Shown here piece by piece: positions 52,132-61,854 of a DNA stretch of 64,000 nt. The DNA comes from an uncultured beta proteobacterium. Lineage in GTDB: Bacteria > Pseudomonadota > Gammaproteobacteria > Burkholderiales > JACQAP01. Made by a program: the position numbers and the translations under genes. Positions within the stretch are counted from its first letter, which is position 1, and each line of letters opens with the position of its first letter. The notes under the pieces were generated by a model. That model worked only from the letters and a program-made list of their open reading frames with translations, ran no database searches and was not told the origin of the DNA. The DNA lies in assembly GCA_963846655.1 (NCBI GenBank), contig CAWJWT010000002.1, positions 519,376-583,375 of the forward strand, written 5' to 3'.

Positions 52132-52464
52132 AGGCTGGCATTGCGTTCCAGCCACTACCTTCAGGTCATCGGCGCCGCACGCCAGGGTGAAGGGTGTGGC
52201 GCTCGGGCGGCGGCCGCTTTCGCCAAACTGCGGGTCGTTAAAGTGCGGGCCGTTAATCTGCTGACCAGCCCACCTGGTGACCACTGACGCGCTGATCTTC
52301 GCCGTTGCGAACCGGCGCGGTGCGCGCACGACCCCGAGGAACAGGCAGGGCGCACAGCGGTCGAACATGGCCTGAACCCCTGCATCCGCGTTGCGCTTGC
52401 GGACGTATCAGAATGCGTGAAGTCAACGGTCATCCGTCAACGAATTCCTGCATGGATTGAGACA

Positions 52465-53091
52465 ATGAACAAGTTCATACGAATATTCGGTTTCCTGCTG
52501 TCCTTCGCACTATGCGCCAGCGTGATGGCTGAGCAGTCCAGGCCGGCCGGCCCGGCGCAATCGAAACGCACGGCCACGGCGATCTTCGCGGGCGGCTGCT
52601 TCTGGTGCGTGGAAGCCGATTTTGACAAACTGCCCGGCGTGTTGAGTACCGAATCGGGTTATGCGGGGGGCAAGTCACCCAATCCGACGTACGAGCAGGT
52701 GAGCCGCGGCGGCACCGGCCATGCCGAAGTGGTACGCATCACCTATGATCCGGCCCGGATCAGTTTCCCGCAATTGCTGGACTATTTTTGGCGCAGCATT
52801 GATCCCACGGTGGAGGACCGGCAGTTCTGCGACCAGGGCAGCCAGTACCGCTCGGGAATTTTCTATCAGGACGATGCGCAGCGCCTCGCAGCCGAAGCCA
52901 GCAAAGCCGCGCTCGCAAAGAGTGGTGTGTTGCCGCACATATATACCGAGATCGCGCCCGCCGGCACGTTCTATCCGGCCGAGGAATATCATCAGGATTA
53001 TTACACCAAGAATCCGGTACGCTACAAGTTCTACCGGACGTCCTGTGGGCGCGATGCGCGCCTGCGGGAAGTCTGGCAAACGAAGCAGTAA
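52465..53091 (+). CDS. msrA: Peptide-methionine (S)-S-oxide reductase with signal peptide
   Basis: FAGGCFWC, GYAGG, GHAEVV, QF.D.G.QYRSGIF, FYPAEEYHQDY. Confidence 0.95.
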   Translation: MNKFIRIFGFLLSFALCASVMAEQSRPAGPAQSKRTATAIFAGGCFWCVEADFDKLPGVLSTESGYAGGKSPNPTYEQVSRGGTGHAEVVRITYDPARISFPQLLDYFWRSIDPTVEDRQFCDQGSQYRSGIFYQDDAQRLAAEASKAALAKSGVLPHIYTEIAPAGTFYPAEEYHQDYYTKNPVRYKFYRTSCGRDARLREVWQTKQ

Positions 53092-53181
53092 GCGCTTCAT
53101 CGGGTGAGGCGGCGTGCCATCTTGCAATTCTCAGAAATGGCCTCATCTGGGACTTGATCCCCGAACCTTGGTTACAACTGC

Positions 53182-53481
53182 ATGAAAAAACCTCCCACGA
53201 TGGCCGCCCGCTTTCAAAGCAGCATCGCCCGGACCGAAGCGATCGGCGGTACCTCGGAAGTCAAAATTCTGTTCACTGACGAGAGCGGCTTTTCGTTTCA
53301 GGCCGTAGGCAGTGACGCGCAGCCGCTCGTCAATGGCGACGGCGATTCGTTGGCGCAGGAATTTGCCGCCGGCGCGGCCAAGTTCACTTTTCTTGCGGCC
53401 GGCGTGCAACTCGCCTTCAAAGACGGCAGTTCCTGCAACATGAACTTCGGCAAGCCGATCGGGGCATCGCCGCTGCCATGA
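53182..53481 (+). CDS. Hypothetical protein
   Basis: 99-aa ORF with coding-like composition that fills an intergenic gap. Confidence 0.5.
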   Translation: MKKPPTMAARFQSSIARTEAIGGTSEVKILFTDESGFSFQAVGSDAQPLVNGDGDSLAQEFAAGAAKFTFLAAGVQLAFKDGSSCNMNFGKPIGASPLP

Positions 53482-53489
53482 CGCAGCGG

Positions 53490-53690
53490 CTAGTAATGCG
53501 GTGGCGTTTCATCGAGCGCATCGCGGGATTCGGCAGGCAGTGACGCGCGAATCTGTTCGCGCACGGCCTGCAGTTCCTTCTGCAATTGGTCAATTTGTTG
53601 CTGCTGGCGATAAACTGTCTGGTTGAGCGCTTCCAGCAAATCTTCGTTAAAGCTTAATTTGACTTCGATTTCGGCGAGTCGGGATTCCAT
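53490..53690 (-). CDS. slyX: SlyX family protein
   Basis: MESRLAEIEVKLSFNEDLLEALN...QQQ.ID.L...DETPPHY. Confidence 0.92.
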   Translation of the reverse strand: MESRLAEIEVKLSFNEDLLEALNQTVYRQQQQIDQLQKELQAVREQIRASLPAESRDALDETPPHY

Positions 53691-53929
53691 GGGCGCTCCG
53701 CAAGGGGCAGGGACTGGGCTTGCACAACAAGTCGAACGTCGCCGAAGGCCACCACTTGTCCCGCGCGGATCTTGGCGGTTTTGCGGCTTTCGGGCTGGCC
53801 GTCCACCGTAACCCCTCCGCCGGCAACGAGCAGTTTGCCTTGACCACCGCTGTCGGCGAGCCCGCCCAGTTTCAGCAGGTCACACAGCCGCACAAACTCG
53901 CCCGTTAATTGAATTGCCAGAGTTTTCAA
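53654..53929 (-). CDS. S4-domain RNA-binding protein (YbcJ-like)
   Basis: EFVRLCDLLKL.GLADSGGQGK..V..G.VTVDG..E.RKTAKIRAGQVV. Confidence 0.88.
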   Translation of the reverse strand: MKTLAIQLTGEFVRLCDLLKLGGLADSGGQGKLLVAGGGVTVDGQPESRKTAKIRAGQVVAFGDVRLVVQAQSLPLAERPWNPDSPKSKSN

Positions 53930-54253
53930 GGTGATGGCGCGGAAATAATGCGAGAGTTTCCAGAAAATACGGGCAAGCTGTCGCGTCGACGTCGAGAACC
54001 ATGATACCCGGCAATCGGGGCATTAACGGGAACGATCAGTGGCGGGTCAGATTTCAGCTGCGCACCGAACTTTCGCCAAGCTGCGATCGAAAAGCAGTTA
54101 GCGTTGTCAAACAATACGCTAGCCTCGCAAAGGGGCGTCGGGGCGCCAGGTATGCCCCGGTTGCTCGGAGTTGGCCGTTGCTACGGACTTGCTCGAAGTC
54201 GCTCAAGAGCGCAAAATACAAGGTTCCACTCGAAACAACCGCAGGGACACCGG

Positions 54254-54553
54254 ATGAAAGCCAACATTCTTCAATTTTTGAGAACCAACGGCGAACAACT
54301 GGACGCCGAGATCGCCAAGGCACTGCATATTTCCAAACCCCAGGTTTTGACGCACATCTCGGAACTTTCCGCAGCCGGTGACGTAATATGCTGCCAGGTC
54401 ACGCGCTTTCATGGCGGAAAGAAGGTCGAAGGAGTGAGCTGCCGCCTGTCTGCGTATGTGCCGCCCAAGGCGACTGGTCCCAAACCCGGCGCCAAGCGCG
54501 GAGCCGCCAATGCCAATGCTCATAATGCCAATACAGAGATGAATATCGCGTAA
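54254..54553 (+). CDS. Small winged-helix DNA-binding protein
   Basis: ILQFLRTNGEQLDAEIAKAL.IS...V..HI..L...G, and a basic tail PGAKR. Confidence 0.75.
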   Translation: MKANILQFLRTNGEQLDAEIAKALHISKPQVLTHISELSAAGDVICCQVTRFHGGKKVEGVSCRLSAYVPPKATGPKPGAKRGAANANAHNANTEMNIA

Positions 54554-54585
54554 GGCCGAAACCGACCCGATCGCAGCCTGTAACA

Positions 54586-54623
54586 AGAAAACGCCTCGAT
54601 GCTCCCGCATCGAGGCGTTTTCT
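54586..54623. terminator. Bidirectional terminator (17-bp perfect inverted repeat)
   Basis: AGAAAACGCCTCGATGC-TCCC-GCATCGAGGCGTTTTCT. Confidence 0.8.
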
Positions 54624-54668
54624 ATGGTCGAATCGGTTCGATCGGCGGGCCGCATTCAGACGCGCCAA

Positions 54669-54789
54669 TTCATTCGCCCGAAGCTAAGTTTATTCGCCCG
54701 AAGCCAAGCCGCATCGCATTCGATCACGCCGCATTCGATCACGCCGCATTCGATCACGCCGCATTCGATCACGCCGCATTCGATCTCGT
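54669..54789. repeat. Intergenic tandem repeats: 2x 20 bp, then 4 perfect + 1 degenerate 15-bp units
   Basis: TT(C/T)ATTCGCCCGAAGC(T/C)AAG x2 (54669-54708); CGCATTCGATCACGC x4 + CGCATTCGATCTCGT (54715-54789). Confidence 0.95.
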
Positions 54790-54907
54790 CGCGTATGCTC
54801 GTCGCGCTCGGTGCGTTTATGACGGACGGATTTCCCTCCGGCGCGATCGAGAGTAGAGTTCCTGAATTCGGCGTAGGGATAACGTCGAGAAATTGAGGAA
54901 AAGCAAC

Positions 54908-56386
54908 ATGAAACAGCTGATCCGCGCAGGCTTGGTGGTGTTGTTGATCGCGGTTGTTGCGTACCCCGCGGGGGCATGGTATCTCGGCCGCGAAGTCGAG
55001 GGCGCGATCGGCGCCCCCTACCGCCAACTGGCGAATCTGCCCACTCTGAAAGTGGTCGCGCGGGAGTTTCGGCGCGGGGTATTCAGTTCGGAACAGATCG
55101 TGCGATTGGAACTGCTCGGCGAACTGTCCCGATTCATCGAGCACACGCAAGAGCAAGAAACCGCCAACGCTGCGTCACCCTCACCGTTCAAGCCGATTCA
55201 GTTGACGATCAACTCCCACATTCGGCACGGACCCTTGCCCGATGGCCGCACCTTTGCTGCAGCCCTCGTCGACAGCGAACTGGAGGTCGATGAGCGGTTC
55301 AAGCCGTTGCTTGCCGGCGTGCTGGGCGAGCGCAAGCTCTTGAGCGCGCGTACGCTCTATCGTTTCGACGGTGGCGGCGAATCGAATCTCACGAGCCCGC
55401 CGGTGGCGTTCGATTTGTCCGCCGCGTCGCCGACCGCGCGCGGTCGATTGTCCTGGGATGGCATCCGGGCGACGCTGCATTTCACCGAGGATTTTGCGAG
55501 TTACGCCCTTGTGGGCGAGGCGCCGAAACTCGAAATGAGTGTTGAAGGCACGCGCATGCTGATGACCGGCATGCGCTTCGAAACGCAGAGCAAACGCATC
55601 CTGCCGGACGAGCCGCTGCTCTATGCCGGCAAGCAGGCAATATCGGTTGCCCTGGCGGAACTCGATGCGCCGGGCCTGCCCAACCGGCCCATCGTGCTGA
55701 AGAAACTCAGCTACGCAGTCGACGTCCCGGTCGACGGAGAATTTATCGACATCGTCGCCCGGATCGCCGTGCGTGACATCCTCGTCGGACAAAGCAACTA
55801 CGGACCCGCGCACTACGATCTGTCGTTCAAGCACCTGCACGGACGCACGGTCGCGCAACTGCAACGCGCGCTGATGCAAGCCTATGCGGAACCGACGGCT
55901 ATTGCGCAAACGACAAACTCCGCCGAAGCGTTTGCGCACTTGGCAGAACCCGCGCTCAAATTGCTCGAGTTCGATCCGCAGATCAGCCTCGATCGCGTCA
56001 GCTTCAACAGTCCGCACGGCGAAGTGTTGATCGCTGCCCGGGCCAGGCTGGTGGATGCGGGGCCGCAGGATTTTGAGCAACCCGCTTCGTTGCTGGCCAA
56101 GCTGGAGGCGAGCGCACAGGTAACAGTGCCCGAGGGTCTGCTGGCGGCGCAGTGGCGGGGCAATCCTGGCACGGCCGATGCGATGCAAAGGCAGATCGCC
56201 GCACTCATCGAGCAGGGCTATATCCAACGCGAAGGCGCGATGATCAAGTCAACAATCGCCTTTAGCGGCGGTCAACTTACCGTCAACGCCCGGCCGTTCG
56301 ATCCTCGCGCCCTGCAAGGCCCCACCGGACCGCAGCCTGCTTGGCCGAAGCAGCCTGGCACGAACCGGCCCCTGCCGGCGCGGTAG
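54908..56386 (+). CDS. YdgA/DUF945 family protein
   Basis: N-terminal TM with AWYLG, RGVFSS, I.HGP, C-terminal GYI......S...F..G.LTVN. Confidence 0.85.
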   Translation: MKQLIRAGLVVLLIAVVAYPAGAWYLGREVEGAIGAPYRQLANLPTLKVVAREFRRGVFSSEQIVRLELLGELSRFIEHTQEQETANAASPSPFKPIQLTINSHIRHGPLPDGRTFAAALVDSELEVDERFKPLLAGVLGERKLLSARTLYRFDGGGESNLTSPPVAFDLSAASPTARGRLSWDGIRATLHFTEDFASYALVGEAPKLEMSVEGTRMLMTGMRFETQSKRILPDEPLLYAGKQAISVALAELDAPGLPNRPIVLKKLSYAVDVPVDGEFIDIVARIAVRDILVGQSNYGPAHYDLSFKHLHGRTVAQLQRALMQAYAEPTAIAQTTNSAEAFAHLAEPALKLLEFDPQISLDRVSFNSPHGEVLIAARARLVDAGPQDFEQPASLLAKLEASAQVTVPEGLLAAQWRGNPGTADAMQRQIAALIEQGYIQREGAMIKSTIAFSGGQLTVNARPFDPRALQGPTGPQPAWPKQPGTNRPLPAR

Positions 56387-56402
56387 CGCCGGACTTAATC
56401 GA

Positions 56403-57032
56403 TCACTCAGCGATGAACTCGATCACGATGCCGCGCAGCGGCTCGTCCCCAACGTTTTTGACCGTGTGGATGACCGGCGCACTGAACACCGGGCCATCGG
56501 GCACGGTTTCGACGAACTTGGACGCTTCGCCCTCGGGCCACTGCTGCAGGCGCGCACGGTTCAGCTGGATGACGACGCGGTCACTGTGGCTGTGGCGGGC
56601 ACGGGTGTCGCCGGGCGCCAGCTTCTCCTCGAACACGAAAAAATCCCGGTCTTCATAAAGCAGGGCATTTTTTCCGGCGGCAATGCGTTCGCCCGGCGAG
56701 CGGGCCGGCGGATGGTTGGACTTGATGGCTACTTCAAAGAACGCGTCCGCCGGGCGCATGGCGAAAGATTGCGCCGGACCGAACACCGCCACCTGTCCGC
56801 GGCTCAGTTTTTGCGATGTACTGGCGCCGGAGTGAAGCAGTTGCGCGTCGCCCAACGCCACGACCACGCGCGTGGCGCACTGTGCACGCTGTGCAGCCGC
56901 CGGCGCGCACGACACGGCATCGCGCAGCACGCGCACATAATCGTTTTCCAGGACGACCTCGCCAGAAAATACCGAAAATGGCCAGGAAAGCACGAGCAGT
57001 GCGGCACAATCGAGCGCGATTCTCATGGACAT
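56403..57032 (-). CDS. Exported cupin-like protein
   Basis: Signal peptide; LENDYVRV, and L.PGD....HSH.DRVV..L...H.V.N.G..P...IVIE in two cupin-like halves. Confidence 0.65.
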   Translation of the reverse strand: MSMRIALDCAALLVLSWPFSVFSGEVVLENDYVRVLRDAVSCAPAAAQRAQCATRVVVALGDAQLLHSGASTSQKLSRGQVAVFGPAQSFAMRPADAFFEVAIKSNHPPARSPGERIAAGKNALLYEDRDFFVFEEKLAPGDTRARHSHSDRVVIQLNRARLQQWPEGEASKFVETVPDGPVFSAPVIHTVKNVGDEPLRGIVIEFIAE

Positions 57033-57067
57033 ACCCGGCTCCGGGAAACGGTTGCGATACCGAACAG

Positions 57068-57093
57068 AAAAAACGGGCACCGCTGGTGCCCGC
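57068..57093 (-). terminator. Terminator after the Tim44-like gene
   Basis: Minus strand CGGGCACC-AGC-GGTGCCCG-T6. Confidence 0.7.
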
Positions 57094-57128
57094 TTGTGAG
57101 TCGCGACCGGCCAGAAGGACGTGGCCGC

Positions 57129-58076
57129 TTAATGCAACTGCTGAATGCCCGCGAGCAGCCAGCCACTGCGCCCATCCACCGGCTTGGCCAGATTCCAGAC
57201 CTCTTCGAAAGGTTCTGGATTGCCGCCATCTTCACGCAGTGTGCCCGTAAAGCGCACGCTGGCAAGATACTCCGTGAGCGTCGTCTCGATGCCCAGCAGC
57301 GCGGCATCGAGTTGCTCGACGTCCGTCCGGTCGGCCTTGCCAGCGCTTTCGTCTTTCTGCATTTTCATTTCAGCGAACACTTCCGGCGTGGTGAACCGGC
57401 GGATGTCGTCAAAATCCTTGGCGTCCCAGGCGGCCTGCAGGCGCGTGAAATAAACCTTTGCATTGCGCAGAAACGCTGCATCGTCGAAGTCGGCCGGCAC
57501 GTTCCACGTCGAGACCACAGCCGGCGCCGCGGTCGAAGTTGGCCGCAATGGCGTCCCATAGACATTGCTGGACGAGCCGGATCCCGAAGACTGCAATCCG
57601 GTGGATTGCAAGGCCGGGCTGCGCGGTTGGGCGAACATTGCGGGCGCGCGACCAGACGTGGCCCTGCCGCGACCAGACAGCAGGCGCCAGAGCATGACCC
57701 CGCCGAGGATGAGCAGGCCGATCATGAGCACGCTACCCAATGCCGACGCAAACGGGCCCATCAAGCCGAAATGCGATAACAGGGCCGAAATACCCAGTCC
57801 CGCCGCGAGGCCGCCAAGCGCACCCATCCAGCGGTTGCCGGCCGGTTGTGGGGCCGCGGCAGGTGAGGGTGCGGGCGTGGCTGCAGCGCCCTGACTGGGC
57901 TGCTGCGGCGGCGCGGCCTGCCGGTTTACGTTCTGCGACTGGCGCCCAAAACTTTTGCCGCCGCCGATGCGACGCGCCTCGGCATCCTGCATGAACAGCG
58001 AGAGCCCCACCAGGACGACCAGCACGGACGCAGCGCTAGCCAGGGTTTTATGCCATAGGTTCAGTATAGAGGTCAT
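57129..58076 (-). CDS. Tim44-like domain protein
   Basis: AEARRIGGGKSFGRQ, Gly-rich TM segment, FD...FL..AK..F..LQ.AWD, ASVRF.G, EVWNL, W.LAGIQQ. Confidence 0.92.
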   Translation of the reverse strand: MTSILNLWHKTLASAASVLVVLVGLSLFMQDAEARRIGGGKSFGRQSQNVNRQAAPPQQPSQGAAATPAPSPAAAPQPAGNRWMGALGGLAAGLGISALLSHFGLMGPFASALGSVLMIGLLILGGVMLWRLLSGRGRATSGRAPAMFAQPRSPALQSTGLQSSGSGSSSNVYGTPLRPTSTAAPAVVSTWNVPADFDDAAFLRNAKVYFTRLQAAWDAKDFDDIRRFTTPEVFAEMKMQKDESAGKADRTDVEQLDAALLGIETTLTEYLASVRFTGTLREDGGNPEPFEEVWNLAKPVDGRSGWLLAGIQQLH

Positions 58077-58291
58077 AAACTAGTTTCGTGTTGTGGATGG
58101 AAAGCATTTTAACTGACACTCCTCGATATGGGGGCCGCGCAGTCGAACTGCAAGCGGGCCTGCGCCAATGCTCTGGGGCGTACCCCACGCGTACCCCAGC
58201 GGTGCATGAACGCCGGCGTCGCCAGAGTCTGGTCGAGCGCAGCGCGGTTCGATCGCGTGGGGAGTCCGGCAGGATTGCTGCGGACGCTGCG

Positions 58292-59188
58292 CTAGGCCGC
58301 AACCGGGACAGCAATGCCTTCCTGCTCGCAGGTCGGCGCCACATCGGACACCGTGGCGCGCTGCATGTCCCGGGGCCAGCGCAAATCTTCGTAAGCTTTT
58401 CCCCGATGCATGGTGCACCGGTTGTCCCACATCACCAGATCATGCTTCCGCCAGCGATGCGTATACACAAACTGTCGCTGGCTGGCATGCTCGATGAGCT
58501 GTTGCAGCAACGCGTGGCCTTCATCGTCCTTCATGCCGAAAATGCGGCCGGCGTGCGATGCGAGATAAAGTCCCCTGCGCCCGGACCCTGCATGGCGGCG
58601 CACCACGGTTTGCGGTACCGGCGGCAGCATCTGATGCTCCTCATCGGAAAAATCCGTGAATCCCAGCTTGCGGCGTGAATACATGATGGCGTGCTCGGCC
58701 ACCAGGCCATTCAATCTGTGTTTCATCTCATCGGGCAGTGCATCATACGCGGCGCGCAGGTCGGCAAATTCCGTCTGGCCACCGACCGGCGGAATGCTGC
58801 GCGCATACAGCAGCGACGCCTTGGCCGGCAGGCGCCGAAACGAACTGTCCGTATGCCACATGCGATTGCCCAGCTCGAACATGCGTCTGCGGCTTTGCTT
58901 CTCCCAGATCTGATCGCCTTGGCCCAAATTCGATACGTCGGCGATTTCCGCGCGCACGCGCAGCTTCGCATCGCTGCGCGTCGCATGGATCGTAGTTTCC
59001 AGGGGCCCGAAACGGGCCGCGAAGGCCAGATGTTGATCGATCGTGAGCTGCTGCTGCGCAAATACCAGCACCGCATAGCGGTTGAACGCCGTCTCGATCA
59101 CGGCCAGGTCTTCCGGCGATAACGGGCGAGCCAGGTCGAGATCGGCGACTTCCGCCGCAAAATCCTCGTAGACCGGGAAAATTTCCAT
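58292..59188 (-). CDS. TauD/TfdA-family Fe(II)/2-oxoglutarate dioxygenase
   Basis: WHTDSSF, GGQTEFAD.RAAYDAL, W...DLVMWDNRCTMHRG, MQRAT. Confidence 0.93.
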   Translation of the reverse strand: MEIFPVYEDFAAEVADLDLARPLSPEDLAVIETAFNRYAVLVFAQQQLTIDQHLAFAARFGPLETTIHATRSDAKLRVRAEIADVSNLGQGDQIWEKQSRRRMFELGNRMWHTDSSFRRLPAKASLLYARSIPPVGGQTEFADLRAAYDALPDEMKHRLNGLVAEHAIMYSRRKLGFTDFSDEEHQMLPPVPQTVVRRHAGSGRRGLYLASHAGRIFGMKDDEGHALLQQLIEHASQRQFVYTHRWRKHDLVMWDNRCTMHRGKAYEDLRWPRDMQRATVSDVAPTCEQEGIAVPVAA

Positions 59189-59281
59189 CGCGTAACCACC
59201 GCTTGTACGGAGCGGAAAAGTTATCGCCCGGAAGTCCGGTTGTCAACGGGCCGTGCCCCAACCCGCGGTACGCACCGAATT

Positions 59282-59851
59282 TCAATAGTTACGGCGGCGC
59301 CAGGCCGGGATGCCCAAGCCGATCGCCGCGCCCAGGGCAAGCGCGATGGCGCTCACGGCGACGGGGCGGCGGCGGGCGATGGATTGCATGCTGGTACTTG
59401 CCTGGCGCAGTTGCTTGCCGGCCGCGCCGGCGAAATCGCTGGCAGTGGCCATGGTGCTGACGGTGGCGCCAGCAAGCTTGTCCCGCGCCGTGCCGGCGCT
59501 GCGCGACAACAAGCGGCGGGTATCGAGTAGTTTGCCGCGCGCGCCATCCAGGGCGTGTGAAAGCCGCGCGGTCGAACGGGTGCTGTAGGAATAACGCGAC
59601 TTGACTTGCTGACGTGCCGCAATAAGGACTCCAATTACGCCAGCGCCCGCGATGGCTGCCGGCACGGGATGGCGCCGGACGAGGTCGCCTGCCCTGAGCA
59701 CATAGCGGCCCGCCTCATGGCGCGATAGGGTATCCACGCCGTCGCGGATCAACTCTCGCGGCGACAGGCGGTGCTCAAGCTCGCCGAGCGTATTATCCAG
59801 GCGCGCCCGGATGCGATTTATTTCGGCTTCGATCTGTGCAGCTGTTCTCAT
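59282..59851 (-). CDS. DUF3618 domain protein
   Basis: RTAAQIEAEI.R.RARLD.TL.ELE.RLSP, C-terminal P.A...IALALGAAIG..IP. Confidence 0.8.
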   Translation of the reverse strand: MRTAAQIEAEINRIRARLDNTLGELEHRLSPRELIRDGVDTLSRHEAGRYVLRAGDLVRRHPVPAAIAGAGVIGVLIAARQQVKSRYSYSTRSTARLSHALDGARGKLLDTRRLLSRSAGTARDKLAGATVSTMATASDFAGAAGKQLRQASTSMQSIARRRPVAVSAIALALGAAIGLGIPAWRRRNY

Positions 59852-59861
59852 GGAATTTCCC

Positions 59862-60278
59862 TCACTTGATGTGTTCTTTCACAACTTCGACATCGCGCTG
59901 CAGCGCCCGTACCGTGCGCGACGATTTCAGGTTTCCGGTCTGGAGCTTTTTGCGCCCAGCGGCCAACAGGAGCCAGCCTGCCACCAATACGACCGCGCCA
60001 ACCAGCAACGGTGCCAGCCAGGGCGCCTGCGCCTGCGGCAAAGCGATCGCCACCAAGGCAACGACGCCGGACAGCACGAGCAGCAAGCCCGCGAACAGCA
60101 CCGCCCCGCCGATCGCCAGCGCACCGATGCCGGTGCCCACCTCGGAGATCTTTTCGGAAAGCTCGGCTTTCGCCAATTCCGCTTCGTCGCGCAGCAAGGT
60201 TGCGGATTGGCGCCACAGATCGGAAACGAGTCCAAGCAACGGCCGCCGCGTATAGCGGCTGTTCGTCAGTGTCTCCAT
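59862..60278 (-). CDS. Holin-superfamily-III-like (YhjD/DUF1469) membrane protein
   Basis: L..LVSDL..Q...LLRDE.ELAKAEL, two TMs, RT...LQRD; paired with DUF3618. Confidence 0.85.
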   Translation of the reverse strand: METLTNSRYTRRPLLGLVSDLWRQSATLLRDEAELAKAELSEKISEVGTGIGALAIGGAVLFAGLLLVLSGVVALVAIALPQAQAPWLAPLLVGAVVLVAGWLLLAAGRKKLQTGNLKSSRTVRALQRDVEVVKEHIK

Positions 60279-60606
60279 CGTCCACTCCTTTTCATTCAGT
60301 CATGTTGGCGACCATGCCCCAGCCTGCAAGACGGGTCGCAATTCATACACGAGGCAATATGCGTGCCGTTCCCGATCCAGTGGCGCCGGCGCCCGTCCAC
60401 GCCTGGTTCGCGCGCACCGAAGCCGACGCTAATGCCAATGGACCAAGGGCTTAGCCAGCCGGCACGCGGTAGGCAACGCGTACGCACCGTTGCCAGATCG
60501 CGCCATCGGGGCAAATGCTCATTGTAATTTTTGCGACGTGGTTGACGCTCGCAATGGCGGCTGCGGTCCTTGCCCCGGTGCCCGCGCGCCGGTTGCACGA
60601 CGCCCT

Positions 60607-60912
60607 TTAAAGCCTGCTGATGCACAGCGCTCTCACGACGATTTCCTTTTGTTCGAAACGCTGCTCCAGGGTGACGCGATATTGCCGCCACCATTCGCGA
60701 TCGAGCGGGTCTGTCATGACTTCGCAGACCACGATGTCGTCGCGCGCAGTCCCGCCACTTCCTTCCTGCCACAATCCGGTCGCAGGCGCTCTTGCATAAA
60801 GTGTGACGCCGCCGAAGCGTTCACCAAGCTCGCAGGCGACGCGATCGAAGGCGTCGCGCTGCATTAGCGAAGCGCCGCTCTGGACGGGCAGCAGGAGTTG
60901 CACGAGAACCAT
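60607..60912 (-). CDS. Conserved hypothetical protein
   Basis: QLLLP...ERFGGVT.Y.R.PA.GLW...DD.VV.EVM...LD..WW..YR..LE.RF.Q.EI. Confidence 0.75.
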   Translation of the reverse strand: MVLVQLLLPVQSGASLMQRDAFDRVACELGERFGGVTLYARAPATGLWQEGSGGTARDDIVVCEVMTDPLDREWWRQYRVTLEQRFEQKEIVVRALCISRL

Positions 60913-61071
60913 GCACGCTCAGATCGGCTCACGGCGAATTTGGTTCAGCGCGGCAAACGCCGCCCTACGGTATTTTTGGCGCGCACGCCACGCCCCACGC
61001 GGCCCATTGCAGACACTGAACTCCAATGCGAAGCGCTGTCCAAACAAGGCACAACGAGCGCAGGATGGCAA

Positions 61072-61854
61072 ATGAATAGAGGGTGGCCCGAACACCTTTG
61101 GGTCGTGCGTCACGGGCAAAGCGCCGGCAACGTGGCCCGCGATGCTGCCCATGACGCGGGCTTGCCCACCATCGATATTGCGGAGCGGGACATGGATGTG
61201 CCGCTGAGCGCGCTCGGCCATCAACAGTCCGCGGCGCTCGCGCGCTGGTTTGCCGCGATGCCCCCGGGACTGCGCCCGACCACTCTCATGGTATCGCCGT
61301 ACGTGCGCGCACGGCAGACCGCGGCGGCGCTCAAGGAGGCAGGTGGCTTGCATCCGGAGGCATCGAAGCCGCTCGTCGATGAGCGGCTGCGCGAGAAAGA
61401 GTTCGGGATATTGGACCGGCTTACGCACGCCGGCATCGTGACGCGGTTTCCGGATCAGGCGGAGGCACGGCTGCGAACCGGCAAGTTCTACTACCGCCCG
61501 CCCGGCGGCGAGAGCTGGTGCGACGTGATTTTGCGGCTGCGAAGCGTGCTCGATACCATCAGCCTGCATTTTTCCCAGCCTGGCTCGCGCGTGCTGATCG
61601 TCGCCCATCAGGTGATCGTGTTATGCCTGCGCTATCTGATCGAGGAGCTTGAGGAAGGCGACATCCTCGCCATCGATCGCGATGGCGATGTGGCGAATTG
61701 CGGCGTTACCGAATATGCGCTCGTGCGAGCGTCAGGCGCGCCGGGAACGGAACACGCGCGGCTGCGCCTGGTGCGCTACAACTTCATTGCGCCGCTCGAA
61801 GGCGCCGGCGCGGCCGTGACCGCCAGTCCCGATGCGCCGGTGGCACCGCGATGA
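61072..61854 (+). CDS. Histidine phosphatase family protein
   Basis: VVRHGQS, D.PLS.LG..Q, SPY.RA.QT, DERLRE.EFG, PGGESW, VAH. Confidence 0.92.
   Translation: MNRGWPEHLWVVRHGQSAGNVARDAAHDAGLPTIDIAERDMDVPLSALGHQQSAALARWFAAMPPGLRPTTLMVSPYVRARQTAAALKEAGGLHPEASKPLVDERLREKEFGILDRLTHAGIVTRFPDQAEARLRTGKFYYRPPGGESWCDVILRLRSVLDTISLHFSQPGSRVLIVAHQVIVLCLRYLIEELEEGDILAIDRDGDVANCGVTEYALVRASGAPGTEHARLRLVRYNFIAPLEGAGAAVTASPDAPVAPR

Noticed and set aside
54715-54789. Possible CRISPR array
   Set aside because: The units are contiguous 15-mers with no unique spacers, and there are no cas genes in the window.
59862-60278. Phage lysis holin
   Set aside because: No endolysin or other phage genes. This family is a common chromosomal partner of DUF3618.
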